NCBI GenBank assembly: GCA_016214005.1
Contig: JACRPK010000006.1
Location: 17,719 to 81,718, forward strand
Direction: 5' to 3'
Length of the DNA stretch: 64,000 nucleotides
Source of the DNA: Candidatus Wolfebacteria bacterium
Lineage (GTDB): Bacteria; Patescibacteriota; Minisyncoccia; UBA6257; UBA9933
Shown: one piece after another, positions 37,415 through 47,500 of the stretch
Position numbering within the stretch: position 1 is the stretch's first letter
Layout of the letters: each line of letters starts with the position of its first letter
Translations under genes and position numbers: made by a program
Notes under the pieces: generated by a model
The model's database searches: none
What the model saw: the letters and a program-made list of their open reading frames with translations, nothing else
Told to the model about the DNA's origin: nothing

Positions 37415-37444
37415 AATCCGCCTTGCATGGCGGATTTAAATTTT
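37415..37444 (+). terminator. Terminator after 16S
   Basis: AAATCCGCC/GGCGGATTT. Confidence 0.65.
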
Positions 37445-37459
37445 GTATTATAAATTTAT

Positions 37460-37837
37460 ATGGCTAAAATACTTTTAGTTGAAGACGATCAATTTTTATC
37501 TTCATTATTAAAAAACAGGCTTCAAAAAGAAAATTATGAAGTTGTTTTGGCGACCGACGGAGAAGCGGCGATAAATTATTTAAGAACGGCTGATTTTGAT
37601 TTAATATTGCTTGATATTATCTTGCCGAAAAAAACCGGTTTTGAAGTTTTGGAAGAAATTAATTTAGATCCGCGCTTTCAAGCAAAAAAACCGCCGATAA
37701 TTATAATTTCAAATTTGGGCCAGGTGGAAGACATTAAAAGAGGTCAGGAATTGGGCGTAATAGAATATCTTATTAAAGCAAAAATTTCTATTGACGATTT
37801 GATCAATAAGGTTAAAGAATTTTTAAAAAATAAATAG
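37460..37837 (+). CDS. Single-domain response regulator (receiver)
   Basis: ILLVEDD, LILLDIILP..GFEVL. Confidence 0.9.
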   Translation: MAKILLVEDDQFLSSLLKNRLQKENYEVVLATDGEAAINYLRTADFDLILLDIILPKKTGFEVLEEINLDPRFQAKKPPIIIISNLGQVEDIKRGQELGVIEYLIKAKISIDDLINKVKEFLKNK

Positions 37838-37839
37838 AA

Positions 37840-38388
37840 ATGAAGAAAGGTTTTACTCTTCTAGAACTTTTGATCGTCATAAGCATTTTGGCTATTTTAA
37901 TGGTAATTGTTGCTGTAGTTTTAAACCCGGGCGAGCTTATAGCTCAAGCGCGCGATGCTCAAAGAATCAGCGATTTAAGTTCTTTACGAAGCGTTTTACC
38001 GCTTTATATGGCGAGTATCTCTCCGAATTCTTTAGGCGCTTGCAATAGACGCTGTACTTTATCGGGCGTTACTCCCTTTGGGACGGATATTTCTCCTGTT
38101 GGATGTGCAACAATTTCCACTTCAACGCTAATAAACAGCGCAGGTTGGGTTGACGTGAATTTTAACGATATTTCAGGAGGCTCTCCATTTTCTAAATTGC
38201 CGATAGATCCCGTTAATAAAAATGGCTATTATTATGGCTACGCCTGCGACGACAGCGCTAAAACTTTTGAATTGGTTGCTGTGCTTGAAAGTGAAAAATA
38301 TACAATTAAAGAAGATTTTGACGGCAAAGATGGCGGCAATAGAGCGAATATTTATGAGATTGGCACTGACCCGGGATTAGATTTATAA
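37840..38388 (+). CDS. Type IV pilin
   Basis: KGFTLLELLIV. Confidence 0.9.
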   Translation: MKKGFTLLELLIVISILAILMVIVAVVLNPGELIAQARDAQRISDLSSLRSVLPLYMASISPNSLGACNRRCTLSGVTPFGTDISPVGCATISTSTLINSAGWVDVNFNDISGGSPFSKLPIDPVNKNGYYYGYACDDSAKTFELVAVLESEKYTIKEDFDGKDGGNRANIYEIGTDPGLDL

Positions 38389-38468
38389 TAAATTAGTTAT
38401 CCACATTGTTTTTTTAAATTATCATTCTATACTTAAAAATAAATTAGTCGATTATATAAAATAAATAT

Positions 38469-39035
38469 ATGCAAAAAGAAAACACACAAATTATAAGAAT
38501 TTCTAAGCGGGGTTTTACATTATTAGAGCTTTTAATCGTTATCGGTATTTTGGCGATTTTAACAACGGTCGTGGCAATTACTTTAAATCCGGCGCAACTT
38601 TTAGCTCAAGCGCGCGATAGCCAACGATTATCAGATTTAAATTCAGTAAATAGCGCTGTTGGATTATATGTGGCAAGCGCTTCGACTACGCCAGCTATTG
38701 GCGCTGGTCCGACTTGCACTGCTGGTACTACTTCTGGATTCGGTTTTGGAGGAAATGAAGCTTGCACGACCAATGCTTCAACAACAATTAGCGGCACTGG
38801 TTGGGTGCTAGTTGATTTCAGAAATATTTCCAGCGGTTCTCCGTTGTCTAAATTGCCGCTTGATCCGGTTAATAGCGCTACTTATTTTTATGCCTATAAA
38901 GGAGATACAACTAATTTAACAATTGAATTAAATACTAAATTGGAAAGCAATAAATATACCGGCTTAATGACTACAGATGGCGGAAGTAATAATTCTTTTT
39001 ACGAAATTGGTTCTGATCCAGGATTAGATTTGTAA
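38469..39035 (+). CDS. Type IV pilin, paralog of the previous gene
   Basis: RGFTLLELLIV; shared C-terminus YEIG.DPGLDL. Confidence 0.9.
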   Translation: MQKENTQIIRISKRGFTLLELLIVIGILAILTTVVAITLNPAQLLAQARDSQRLSDLNSVNSAVGLYVASASTTPAIGAGPTCTAGTTSGFGFGGNEACTTNASTTISGTGWVLVDFRNISSGSPLSKLPLDPVNSATYFYAYKGDTTNLTIELNTKLESNKYTGLMTTDGGSNNSFYEIGSDPGLDL

Positions 39036-39037
39036 AA

Positions 39038-39664
39038 ATGATTTTTTATTTTTCTTTGGGAATTTTAATATTAACTCTGTTTATCTTTTTGGGAGCGTCT
39101 TCTTTGGGAAGGCGCTTCTTTAATATTGGAGATAATTTTTATAAATATATTTTTAAATATTTTTATTTTGCGTCAATTATAATTATTTTTTTTATTCTCA
39201 TTTATCAATCATTTGAGCAATATCAACTATGGAAATCGGATAATTTATCAAAATATCTGCTTCCGCCATACGTAAACATAAATTATTTTTTTAAATATGT
39301 CGGTTTTAGATTTTTTGGACCTTATTTGATTTCGTTTGCGGCTTCAATTTTACTTTTGTTTTCTTTAAATCGTTTAAATAAAAAATATGAAGAAAGATTT
39401 TTTTATTCCGAAGAACCGCAGATCGCGGCCTTGGCGATGTTTTTGAGCGGCTGGCCGGGATGTTTATTTTATTTTATCGGTTTAATTTTGGCTTATCTGA
39501 TAATTCATTTTTTAGTCTCGTTTTATTATAAGTTTTTTTTAAAAATAGGCCCAAGCGAGGTTCGGGTAAGTTTGCGTTATTGGTGGATTCCAATGGCTAT
39601 TGTTGCTATAATAATTAATAAATGGTTGGTTGGCTTAGATTTATGGAAGTTATTGAAAATATAA
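39038..39664 (+). CDS. Membrane protein of the CPR pilus locus
   Basis: Multi-TM; KYLLPPY motif. Confidence 0.65.
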   Translation: MIFYFSLGILILTLFIFLGASSLGRRFFNIGDNFYKYIFKYFYFASIIIIFFILIYQSFEQYQLWKSDNLSKYLLPPYVNINYFFKYVGFRFFGPYLISFAASILLLFSLNRLNKKYEERFFYSEEPQIAALAMFLSGWPGCLFYFIGLILAYLIIHFLVSFYYKFFLKIGPSEVRVSLRYWWIPMAIVAIIINKWLVGLDLWKLLKI

Positions 39665-39745
39665 AGCAATCGCGAATAATGCGAATATTAATTTAATTAT
39701 TAGCATTATTTGCTTAAAATTCGTATTATTGGAGAATACCCTATT

Positions 39746-40966
39746 ATGTCGATTTTTGTTTATAAAGCTTTAAATAAAGAAGGCGGTCAGCAACATGGGG
39801 AAGTTCAGGCAGATAGCCGTCAGACAGCGATTGATTTTTTAAGGCGGGATAATTTAACGCCTATTTTTATTGAAGAAAAAGGGAAATTTGAAAAAAAACA
39901 ATTGTCATTTTTAAAAATTACTTTCGGCGGTATCAGCAATGTTGATAAAATTTTTATTACTCGTCATTTGGCGGCGATTTTAAAATCAGGGATTAATTTG
40001 ATTGAGGCTTTGCAAATTCTTGAAGAGGACGTTCAAAAGCCATTGATGAAAAAAATTTTAAGAGACGCAAAAGTTAATCTTGAAAAAGGCCAGCCCCTTT
40101 CAACGACTTTTGCTTCTTATGAGAAATATTTTTCGCCGGTTTTTGTTGGGCTTATAAAAGCCGGAGAGGCTTCCGGCACTCTTGAAGACAGCCTTGAGGG
40201 ATTGGGCGAACAGCTTCAGCGCGATTATGACATTAAGAAAAAAGTTCAATCAGCTATGATTTATCCGCTGATTCTTTTAACAGCGACTTCATTGATAATT
40301 ATTTTGCTCATGACATTTGTGATGCCGCGTTTGATAAAAGCTTTGTCGCAAACAAAAATCACCCTGCCGTTAATTACAAGAATTTTAATAAATATCAGCA
40401 ATGTTTTATCGGCAAATCCCCTGATGACAATATTAATTTTCCTAACTTTGATTTTTTTAATATTTATTTTTTATAGAAGTAAATTCGGAAAGCAAATTAT
40501 TTTTTCTTTGTTTGAAAAATTTCCCGTAAGCGGAGAGTTAATTAAAAAGTTGGCTTTGGCAAGATTTTCCATAACCTTGCGCAATTTGCTCAAGAGCGGC
40601 ATGCCGGCGTTGCAGGCCATTGATTTGACGGCAAAAACAGTTGGTAATATTAAATATGAGAATGCTCTTGTGGCGATCGGCTCTGAATTGCGGCGAGGCG
40701 CTCCGCTCCATGAAACTTTCAGAAGGCGAAGCGAGCTTTTTCCCCAAATGGTTGTGAGTGTTTTGACAGTCGGCGAGCGCACCGGCACTTTAGAGCGCTC
40801 GCTTTTAGTCATTTCTAATTATTATAATGAAGAAGTTGACCGAGCTTTGAAAAATTTGATCGTGCTTTTGGAACCATTGCTTTTGATTATTATGGGTTTT
40901 GTGGTTGCGGGAATCGCTTTGTCAATTTTATTGCCGATTTATCAATTAGTAAGTTCGTTTAGATAA
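39746..40966 (+). CDS. pilC: Second PilC/GspF platform protein
   Basis: FVYKA, GEASGTL, SAMIYP, GERTGTL, LEP; start ATG 39746. Confidence 0.9.
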   Translation: MSIFVYKALNKEGGQQHGEVQADSRQTAIDFLRRDNLTPIFIEEKGKFEKKQLSFLKITFGGISNVDKIFITRHLAAILKSGINLIEALQILEEDVQKPLMKKILRDAKVNLEKGQPLSTTFASYEKYFSPVFVGLIKAGEASGTLEDSLEGLGEQLQRDYDIKKKVQSAMIYPLILLTATSLIIILLMTFVMPRLIKALSQTKITLPLITRILINISNVLSANPLMTILIFLTLIFLIFIFYRSKFGKQIIFSLFEKFPVSGELIKKLALARFSITLRNLLKSGMPALQAIDLTAKTVGNIKYENALVAIGSELRRGAPLHETFRRRSELFPQMVVSVLTVGERTGTLERSLLVISNYYNEEVDRALKNLIVLLEPLLLIIMGFVVAGIALSILLPIYQLVSSFR

Positions 40967-40968
40967 AT

Positions 40969-41430
40969 ATGAAGGGTTTTACTTTAATTGAATTGATTTT
41001 AGTTATTGGAATTTTGGGGATTTTAGGAGGAATCGGTTTCGGAGTTTATTATAATTTTCAAACTAATGTTAAGGTTGAAGAAGAGGCGAATAAAATTGTT
41101 GAGATTTTGCGGGGAACCCAACAAAAAGCCATTAGCGGAGAAAATTTAAATCAATGGGGCATAAGATTTGTAAATTCAACCAGCAGTCAATATTATGATG
41201 TGTTTGAAGGTGGAAATTATTTGACCGGAACAAGCACAGAAAGAAATTATTTGCCGGAAAGCGTTATTTTTATAAATCCTTCGACAAGCTCAACAATTGA
41301 CACGATTTTTAATATTCGTTCTGGCAACGCCGCAACAAGTTCAAATATAATCATTACTATTACAAGTTCTGTTTCAAGTTCAACAAAAAATATCACTATT
41401 ACGCCAAGGGGATTAATTTCAAGAGATTAA
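40969..41430 (+). CDS. Minor type IV pilin
   Basis: MKGFTLIELIL. Confidence 0.88.
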   Translation: MKGFTLIELILVIGILGILGGIGFGVYYNFQTNVKVEEEANKIVEILRGTQQKAISGENLNQWGIRFVNSTSSQYYDVFEGGNYLTGTSTERNYLPESVIFINPSTSSTIDTIFNIRSGNAATSSNIIITITSSVSSSTKNITITPRGLISRD

Positions 41431-41541
41431 ATATAAAGATTAAAAATAAGATGCAGAAAAAAATTTTTATTAATATAAATATTTTTGATTTTATAAGAAA
41501 ACATGCGTTAATCTCTCCAGCGAGGAATTTGCGCTTGGCTC

Positions 41542-41712
41542 CCTGCCTGCCGGCAGGCAGGTCGACTTCGCTCGTCAAGAAAATATGTTTTTCAGAATGT
41601 CTCGGAAGGCTAAAAAGCTTGGTCTCCGAAGGAGTTTTTAGCCTGAGAGCCAAGCTCTTGATTTTTCGCTGGAAAAAATCAAAGAGCGGTTCTGAAAAAC
41701 ATATTTTCTTGG
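41542..41712. repeat. Palindromic element copy 2, preceded by CCTGCCTGCCGGCAGGCAGG
   Basis: Core matches 3512-3674. Confidence 0.85.
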
Positions 41713-41801
41713 TATCATACCCGCTCGGTCTGCGTATGATTTTTTTAATAAAATCAAAAATATTTATATATCAAATTATAAAATATTACAGGAATAGTTT
41801 T

Positions 41802-42497
41802 GTGAATAATCGCGGACAAATTTTAACAGAGCTTATTGTTGCCATATCTATTACCGCCATTATTGTGGCGATTGGAGCGCAGATGATAGGCGTAAGTTTA
41901 TATTCGGCCGGATCTTCGGGAGATCGGCAAACCGCGAGCAGATTGTCCGAAGAAGTTTTTGAAGCGCTTCGCGCTATCACCCAAGGCAATGATGCGGCAA
42001 GTCAAGGCTGGAATAGGCTTTATTTGCCTCCGGACGGCAATGGCAATGCGTCAACTTCAAAAGGTGTGGCTAATCCGTATAAATTAACAATTGTTTCAAA
42101 TGCTTGGAAGGTTGCCACTGGCACGGAAGAAATTATTTTAGACGGCAATTCGTATTCTCGTTATTTTATTATTGAAAATGTTTCGCGAGCTTCTTCAACC
42201 GGAGCGATTGAAGATGTTTATAATCCCAGCAATGACGATCCGCATACTCAAAAAGTGATTGTAGATGTTTCTAAAATAAGCGGAATTGCCCAAGGCCAAA
42301 CGGACTTCGTTTTTTCGCAATATTTTACAAGATATTTAAATGAAGCCACGGCTCAAAATAATTGGACTCTTTCTGGTCAATGCGGTTCGGTAAGCGCCAC
42401 CTCAACTTCAATAGGAAATTGTTCAAATACTGGAGGAGATATCAGCAATTCATCTTGCGGCGGCGGAGTTTCTGCTTGTTTGAAAATTTCCCAGTGA
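41802..42497 (+). CDS. Minor type IV pilin
   Basis: GTG start then NNRGQILTELIV. The track ORF from 41451 reads through the repeat. Confidence 0.75.
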   Translation: MNNRGQILTELIVAISITAIIVAIGAQMIGVSLYSAGSSGDRQTASRLSEEVFEALRAITQGNDAASQGWNRLYLPPDGNGNASTSKGVANPYKLTIVSNAWKVATGTEEIILDGNSYSRYFIIENVSRASSTGAIEDVYNPSNDDPHTQKVIVDVSKISGIAQGQTDFVFSQYFTRYLNEATAQNNWTLSGQCGSVSATSTSIGNCSNTGGDISNSSCGGGVSACLKISQ

Positions 42498-42586
42498 TTT
42501 TTTCCGGAATTTTTTAAGCATTTTCTGAGTGATTTTTACAAAGCGATTTTAATAAAGCATTTTTTTAAATTTTTTATGTTTAAAAT

Positions 42587-42616
42587 ATTCTTGCTATCAC
42601 TAGTGATAGCAAGAAT
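42587..42616. promoter_or_regulatory. Operator-like palindrome (core GCTATCACTAGTGATAGC)
   Basis: Perfect 30-bp palindrome; cores also at 6137, 25155, 43143, 43461. Confidence 0.55.
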
Positions 42617-42660
42617 GATATAATTATTATATAATGCAATAAAATAAAAATAATAATTTT

Positions 42661-43131
42661 ATGGAAAATCTTTCTAATTTTAAATCAAGAAAAGAATGGG
42701 AAGAATTTATTTGGCATAAATTTTTAGAAGGTCTTAAGGATGCTAAAACAACGGGGCAGTTAAAAGAAATTTTAGAAAGCGTTTTAGACGGTCGCGAGAA
42801 AAATTTTATGATTAAGCGATTGATTGTGATTGCCTCAATCAGCCAAAATAAAACATATCGGGAAATCAGCGAACTTTTATGGCTGTCTCCGAATACAATT
42901 AGTTCAATTAAAAAAAGTTTATTTAAGAAAACAATTTATAGCGGTTATAAAAAATCAAATGCTAAATTTAATAAAAATAATAAAGAAGTTTCAAAGAAAA
43001 AATGGGGAGATGTCGCTTTTGATTTATTGGAATCATTTTCTCGCATTCCATTGCCGCCATTTATAGGAAAAAATCGCTGGCGTTATTTGGATGTAGATTA
43101 TCAAGACAAGATAAAATACGGTAAAAAATGA
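42661..43131 (+). CDS. TrpR/YerC-like HTH regulator
   Basis: EK..MIKRL......KTYREISELLWLSPNTIS. Confidence 0.75.
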   Translation: MENLSNFKSRKEWEEFIWHKFLEGLKDAKTTGQLKEILESVLDGREKNFMIKRLIVIASISQNKTYREISELLWLSPNTISSIKKSLFKKTIYSGYKKSNAKFNKNNKEVSKKKWGDVAFDLLESFSRIPLPPFIGKNRWRYLDVDYQDKIKYGKK

Positions 43132-43550
43132 TAAATTTTCTTGCTATCACTAGTGATAGCAAGAAAAGAGAGGGGGAAAAGATGGGGGAATGAAGAAAAA
43201 ATGAGGGGAAAAGATGGGGGGGGGAGAAAAGATGAGAAAATAAAGAAAAAATGGGGAAAAAAATAATAAAATTTTTTATTATCACTGATGATAACATGGA
43301 GAAAAGATATGGAAAAAAGAGAGATAAATAAAGAGAATATAAGAGAGAAAAAAGGGGGGGAGAAGAAGGTAATTGATGGGAGAGAAAATAATAAAATAAA
43401 TTAATCATTGCGCGGTATTGTTATAATTAATAAAAAATAGTAATTGATTAAAAAATAGATGCTATCACCAGTGATAGCGCTAAAAAGAAAAACAAGAGGG
43501 GGAGGGAAAACAAAGAATAAATTTAAGAATATTTAAGAATAAAAAATAAA

Positions 43551-44540
43551 ATGGTTTATAAAAAGGAGAACAATTTAATGGAAAATAATTTTAATTTAGT
43601 TAAATATAAAAAATATGCCGCGGTTTTTGGAATTTTGGCGGCGATTTTTGTTATAACAAGCGCGGCGATGGCGTATTTATGGCAGAAAGCAGAACGAGTT
43701 AATGAAAAAGGAATAATGCGGAGTGATAAATTTAATTTACTCAATCCGGCGAGAAAATTTGTAAAACAGGAAGATTTGATTATCAATTTTCAGCCTCTGC
43801 GGAATTATTTGAATGACAAATACGAAGCCGACCCGAATGTTTCCATTTATTTTGAATACTTGCCGACAGGTTCTAACATATCAATAAATAAAGACGCGGA
43901 GTTTTGGCAGGCGAGCTTGCTCAAATTGCCGGTTGCGTTGGCAGTGGCGAAAAAAATAGAAAAAGGCGAGTGGAAATGGACCAATGAACTGGTGATTATG
44001 ACGTCTGATAAAAATGGCGGGTTTGGCGATTTGTATAAGAAGCCGATCGGAACAAAACTTACGATTGAAAAATTAGTTCAGCTTTCCCTTTCGGAATCCG
44101 ACAATACGGCGAATTTCGTTTTGGTAAGAAATTTAGAGCCTTCGGATTATCAGGATATTTATGATCATCTTGGCTTAAGCGATTTTTTGTCAAATGAAGG
44201 CAAAATAAGCTCCAAGAAGTATTCAGTAATGCTGCGGGCGCTTTACAATTCTTCTTATCTTTCGGATGAAAATTCTCAAAAGCTTTTGGATTTTTTAAAT
44301 GAAACGTTGTTTAAGGAATATCTTGGCAGCGGCTTGCCCGATGATATTGAATTTTCTCATAAAATCGGCGTAAGCGACGACCAAAAAGTTTTTCTTGATT
44401 CCGGAATTGTCTTTGTCAAAAATCGTCCGTATATTTTGACTGCTATAATTAAAACTCAAAATAAAGAATATGCCGAAAAAGTTATGAAAGATATTTCAGA
44501 AAAAACTTATCAATATATTATGAATTATAATAGTAAATAA
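43551..44540 (+). CDS. Class A beta-lactamase-like serine hydrolase, membrane anchored
   Basis: ASLLK (SxxK), SDN, HKIG. Confidence 0.85.
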   Translation: MVYKKENNLMENNFNLVKYKKYAAVFGILAAIFVITSAAMAYLWQKAERVNEKGIMRSDKFNLLNPARKFVKQEDLIINFQPLRNYLNDKYEADPNVSIYFEYLPTGSNISINKDAEFWQASLLKLPVALAVAKKIEKGEWKWTNELVIMTSDKNGGFGDLYKKPIGTKLTIEKLVQLSLSESDNTANFVLVRNLEPSDYQDIYDHLGLSDFLSNEGKISSKKYSVMLRALYNSSYLSDENSQKLLDFLNETLFKEYLGSGLPDDIEFSHKIGVSDDQKVFLDSGIVFVKNRPYILTAIIKTQNKEYAEKVMKDISEKTYQYIMNYNSK

Positions 44541-44597
44541 ATTTGATGAATAAAATTTTAAAACGATGTATAATTTAAAAATAATGCAAATTCAACG

Positions 44598-47500
44598 ATG
44601 ATTTTTTTAAAAAAAACAATTAAATCGATTTTCATATTTTTGATGATTTTTGGCTTGGCATTTTCTAATTTGCCTTATGACGCGGCAATGTTAGCGTTGC
44701 AATCTTATGTTAAAAATCGCAATGTTGTCGATAAAATCTGGCTGACTAGTAATGACACAAATGTGGTTGATAAATTCGTGCCGTTTGAAAATGTAATCAG
44801 AAATTTGAAAATTAAAGACGCTTTGGCTGTGTCAAACGGCGATGGCAAGATATTTTACAGCATTTCCGCCAATGCCACCCCGAGTACGCGCGATTATATT
44901 TCATCAACCAATACTTTTAATGTGGCAGCAACAACGGTTGCTGGCGTAACAGCTTTGCAGGCGGTAACCAAGGCGTCGCCGACGCAAGACGAAATGATCG
45001 CCGGTTATGTGAATTCAGCCGGCACTTTGCAGGTAATGTGCTGGAATGGCGCTACGTGGAGCAACGAATGGTCAGTAGCGGTTGGCGGTACAGGAACAAC
45101 TAGAAGATTTGATATTGCTTATGAAACTAATTCCGGCGATGCGATGGTGCTTTATTCTACGAACGTCGGCACTACAAATGAACTTGCTTATCGCACAAAG
45201 CCTGGGGCATCAGTTTGCGGAAGCGCAAATTGGTCAGCAGCGACGAATCTTGATCCAGTGCGAACAACAGGCATCGTGCATTGGGTAAAAATGGCTTGGG
45301 ATAGGCGAGCGGCTCAAAATTTAATCACTGCTATCTGGGCGGACGCTAATGCCGGCCTTTCGGCAATGGTCTGGTCGGGGACCGCATGGGGGAATGAGCC
45401 GACGGCTGCGCTTGAAACAGCTTTGGAAATAGTTGCCGCAGGACAAGATGTTGAGTCGTTTGACGTGGAATATGAATCGCTTTCCGGCGATGTAATGATA
45501 GTGCGCGGGTCTGGGGGAACAAATGGCACAAATGGAGGATATTATTCGGTTTGCACGGGCGGAACATCCACTTGCGTATGGGGGACTAGAACCGCAATGC
45601 CGACTATTTTAGACGATGTTACTCATCTTGATATTTCCGCTGATCCGAATTCCGATTCAATTCTTTTTGGCGCGATTGGCAATGCTGGGAGTGACTTATC
45701 GATAGGCGTTTGGTCGGGATCTGCGTGGACTAATACCGCCAATGCAGATATATCTTGCGCTACGCCTCTTGCGGGAACAAAATTTGTTTCTACCGGCTGG
45801 CTTATTTCAGGCGCCAATACCAGAGGAGTGTTGGTTTATTATGACTCGGCAGCCACAAACATTGGTTGGATGACCTTAAGCGGCACCACTTGGACCGCGC
45901 AAACTGACTGGGCCCCGACTCCGGTTTTCGGCGTTCAAAAAAATTATGATATTAAAATGGACCCGATTAACAAAGACAGGTTGATTTTTACCGTTAATGA
46001 TGCCAATTCTGATATATTTGCCAAACGTTTGATCTTATCGGGCACAACATTTACATGGTCTAATGCCGACGGCGGAGTAGCGATTGAAGCCAATACCGGT
46101 TCAGCCGCATATAAAACTTTTGATTTTGAATATAATAGATATATTCCAGCGCCGTCAGCATCTTTAACAATTGGCGCGACAGCCGGTTCTAAGACAATAA
46201 ATTTGGATTCCGGCGCAGCCAGCCAATATGCGAACACGACAACTTGCAACAGCGCGGCGACTTGCAGCGCGTTCACGCTTTTATTAAATACCGGATCAGA
46301 AACAATCACTTCAATAAAAATTACGGAAACCGGCACTGCTGACGCGACAAACAATTTGGCAAATCTTGCTCTTTTTTATGACACTGACGGCAATTATTCC
46401 AATGGCGTGACCGGTCAATATGGAACAACGGTTGCGGCGTTTACGGCTGAAGCGGCAAATGTTTCCGGATCTCTCGCGATTTCCGCTGGCACCACTTATT
46501 ATTTTTATGTTCGTTTTGATTTGGCAAAAACCGGAACATATCCTTCGGGAGGACAGACAATAAATTTTCAGATTGCGGCTAATGCCGATGTCGGCACATC
46601 CGGCGCTCCGACAAAAACCGGCGCTCCGGCAACTTTGGCAGGCGCAACAACTATCAGTCCGAATGCTACGGGAATTACTTATACAACCGGCGGCGACGGA
46701 GGAATATCCGGAAGTTCGGCAACAATTTCCGGCTATGGTTTCGGAACACCGGCAGCAGGAGCGGCCCGCGAAGATTGCGCAGCCGCGACAGTTAATTATG
46801 GCTGTGTGAAATTTATTGTTGGCGGAACAACCAATGTGGCAAACGCCAATATTTCTTCTTGGGGTAATACGCAAATTGTTTTTAGCGTGGCAACTAATTT
46901 GGTAACAGAAGGCGGAGCCAGCGCTGTTGAAGTGAGAGCCGCCAATCAAGCTGACGCAACGCCGCTCACTTATTATGTTTATCCGAATATCACATCCTTG
47001 ACTGTGCCAACGGCTGTGGCTAATGCGGCTCGGGAATATTCAGCGTCTGATTCTGAAGGAATTTTTACCGCCAATGGAGATCATTTTGGATCTGCTGGTT
47101 CAGTAACAATTTTAGGCTCAACCGCTACTCAACAGACAACAGCTGCTTGCGCAGGCAGCGCTTATCAAACGACTTGCGTCGGGTTGCAAGCGCCGACAGC
47201 TATTGCTGATAATTCTTATACTGGAAATATTGTTTTAACGAGGACATCGGACTCAAAAACAAGCACTTACGCTGGCTTTAGGATTTTGCCGCGTATTGTC
47301 AGTTTAAATCCTTCTTCGCAGTCTGTTGGATCGGCAATAGAAATTATTGGTAATCATTTATGTCAAAATGGAGGGGTTTGTCCTTCGGCTTTTGACGCAA
47401 ACAATAAAGCCACTTTTTATAATGCGGTTGACGCAACAGCATTAAATTCCTGGACTAACGGCGATTCTCTTCTTACCGGCATTAATGTTAATGTGCCGAC

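Noticed and set aside
41451-41801. N-terminal extension of the pilin ORF in the track
   Set aside because: It translates the palindromic repeat; the prepilin motif begins after GTG 41802.
43061-43408. 115-aa F/L/S-rich minus-strand ORF
   Set aside because: Artefact of the purine-skewed low-complexity tract.
43551-44540. Bona fide antibiotic-resistance beta-lactamase
   Set aside because: The motifs only show the class A-like serine hydrolase fold; activity cannot be inferred from sequence.
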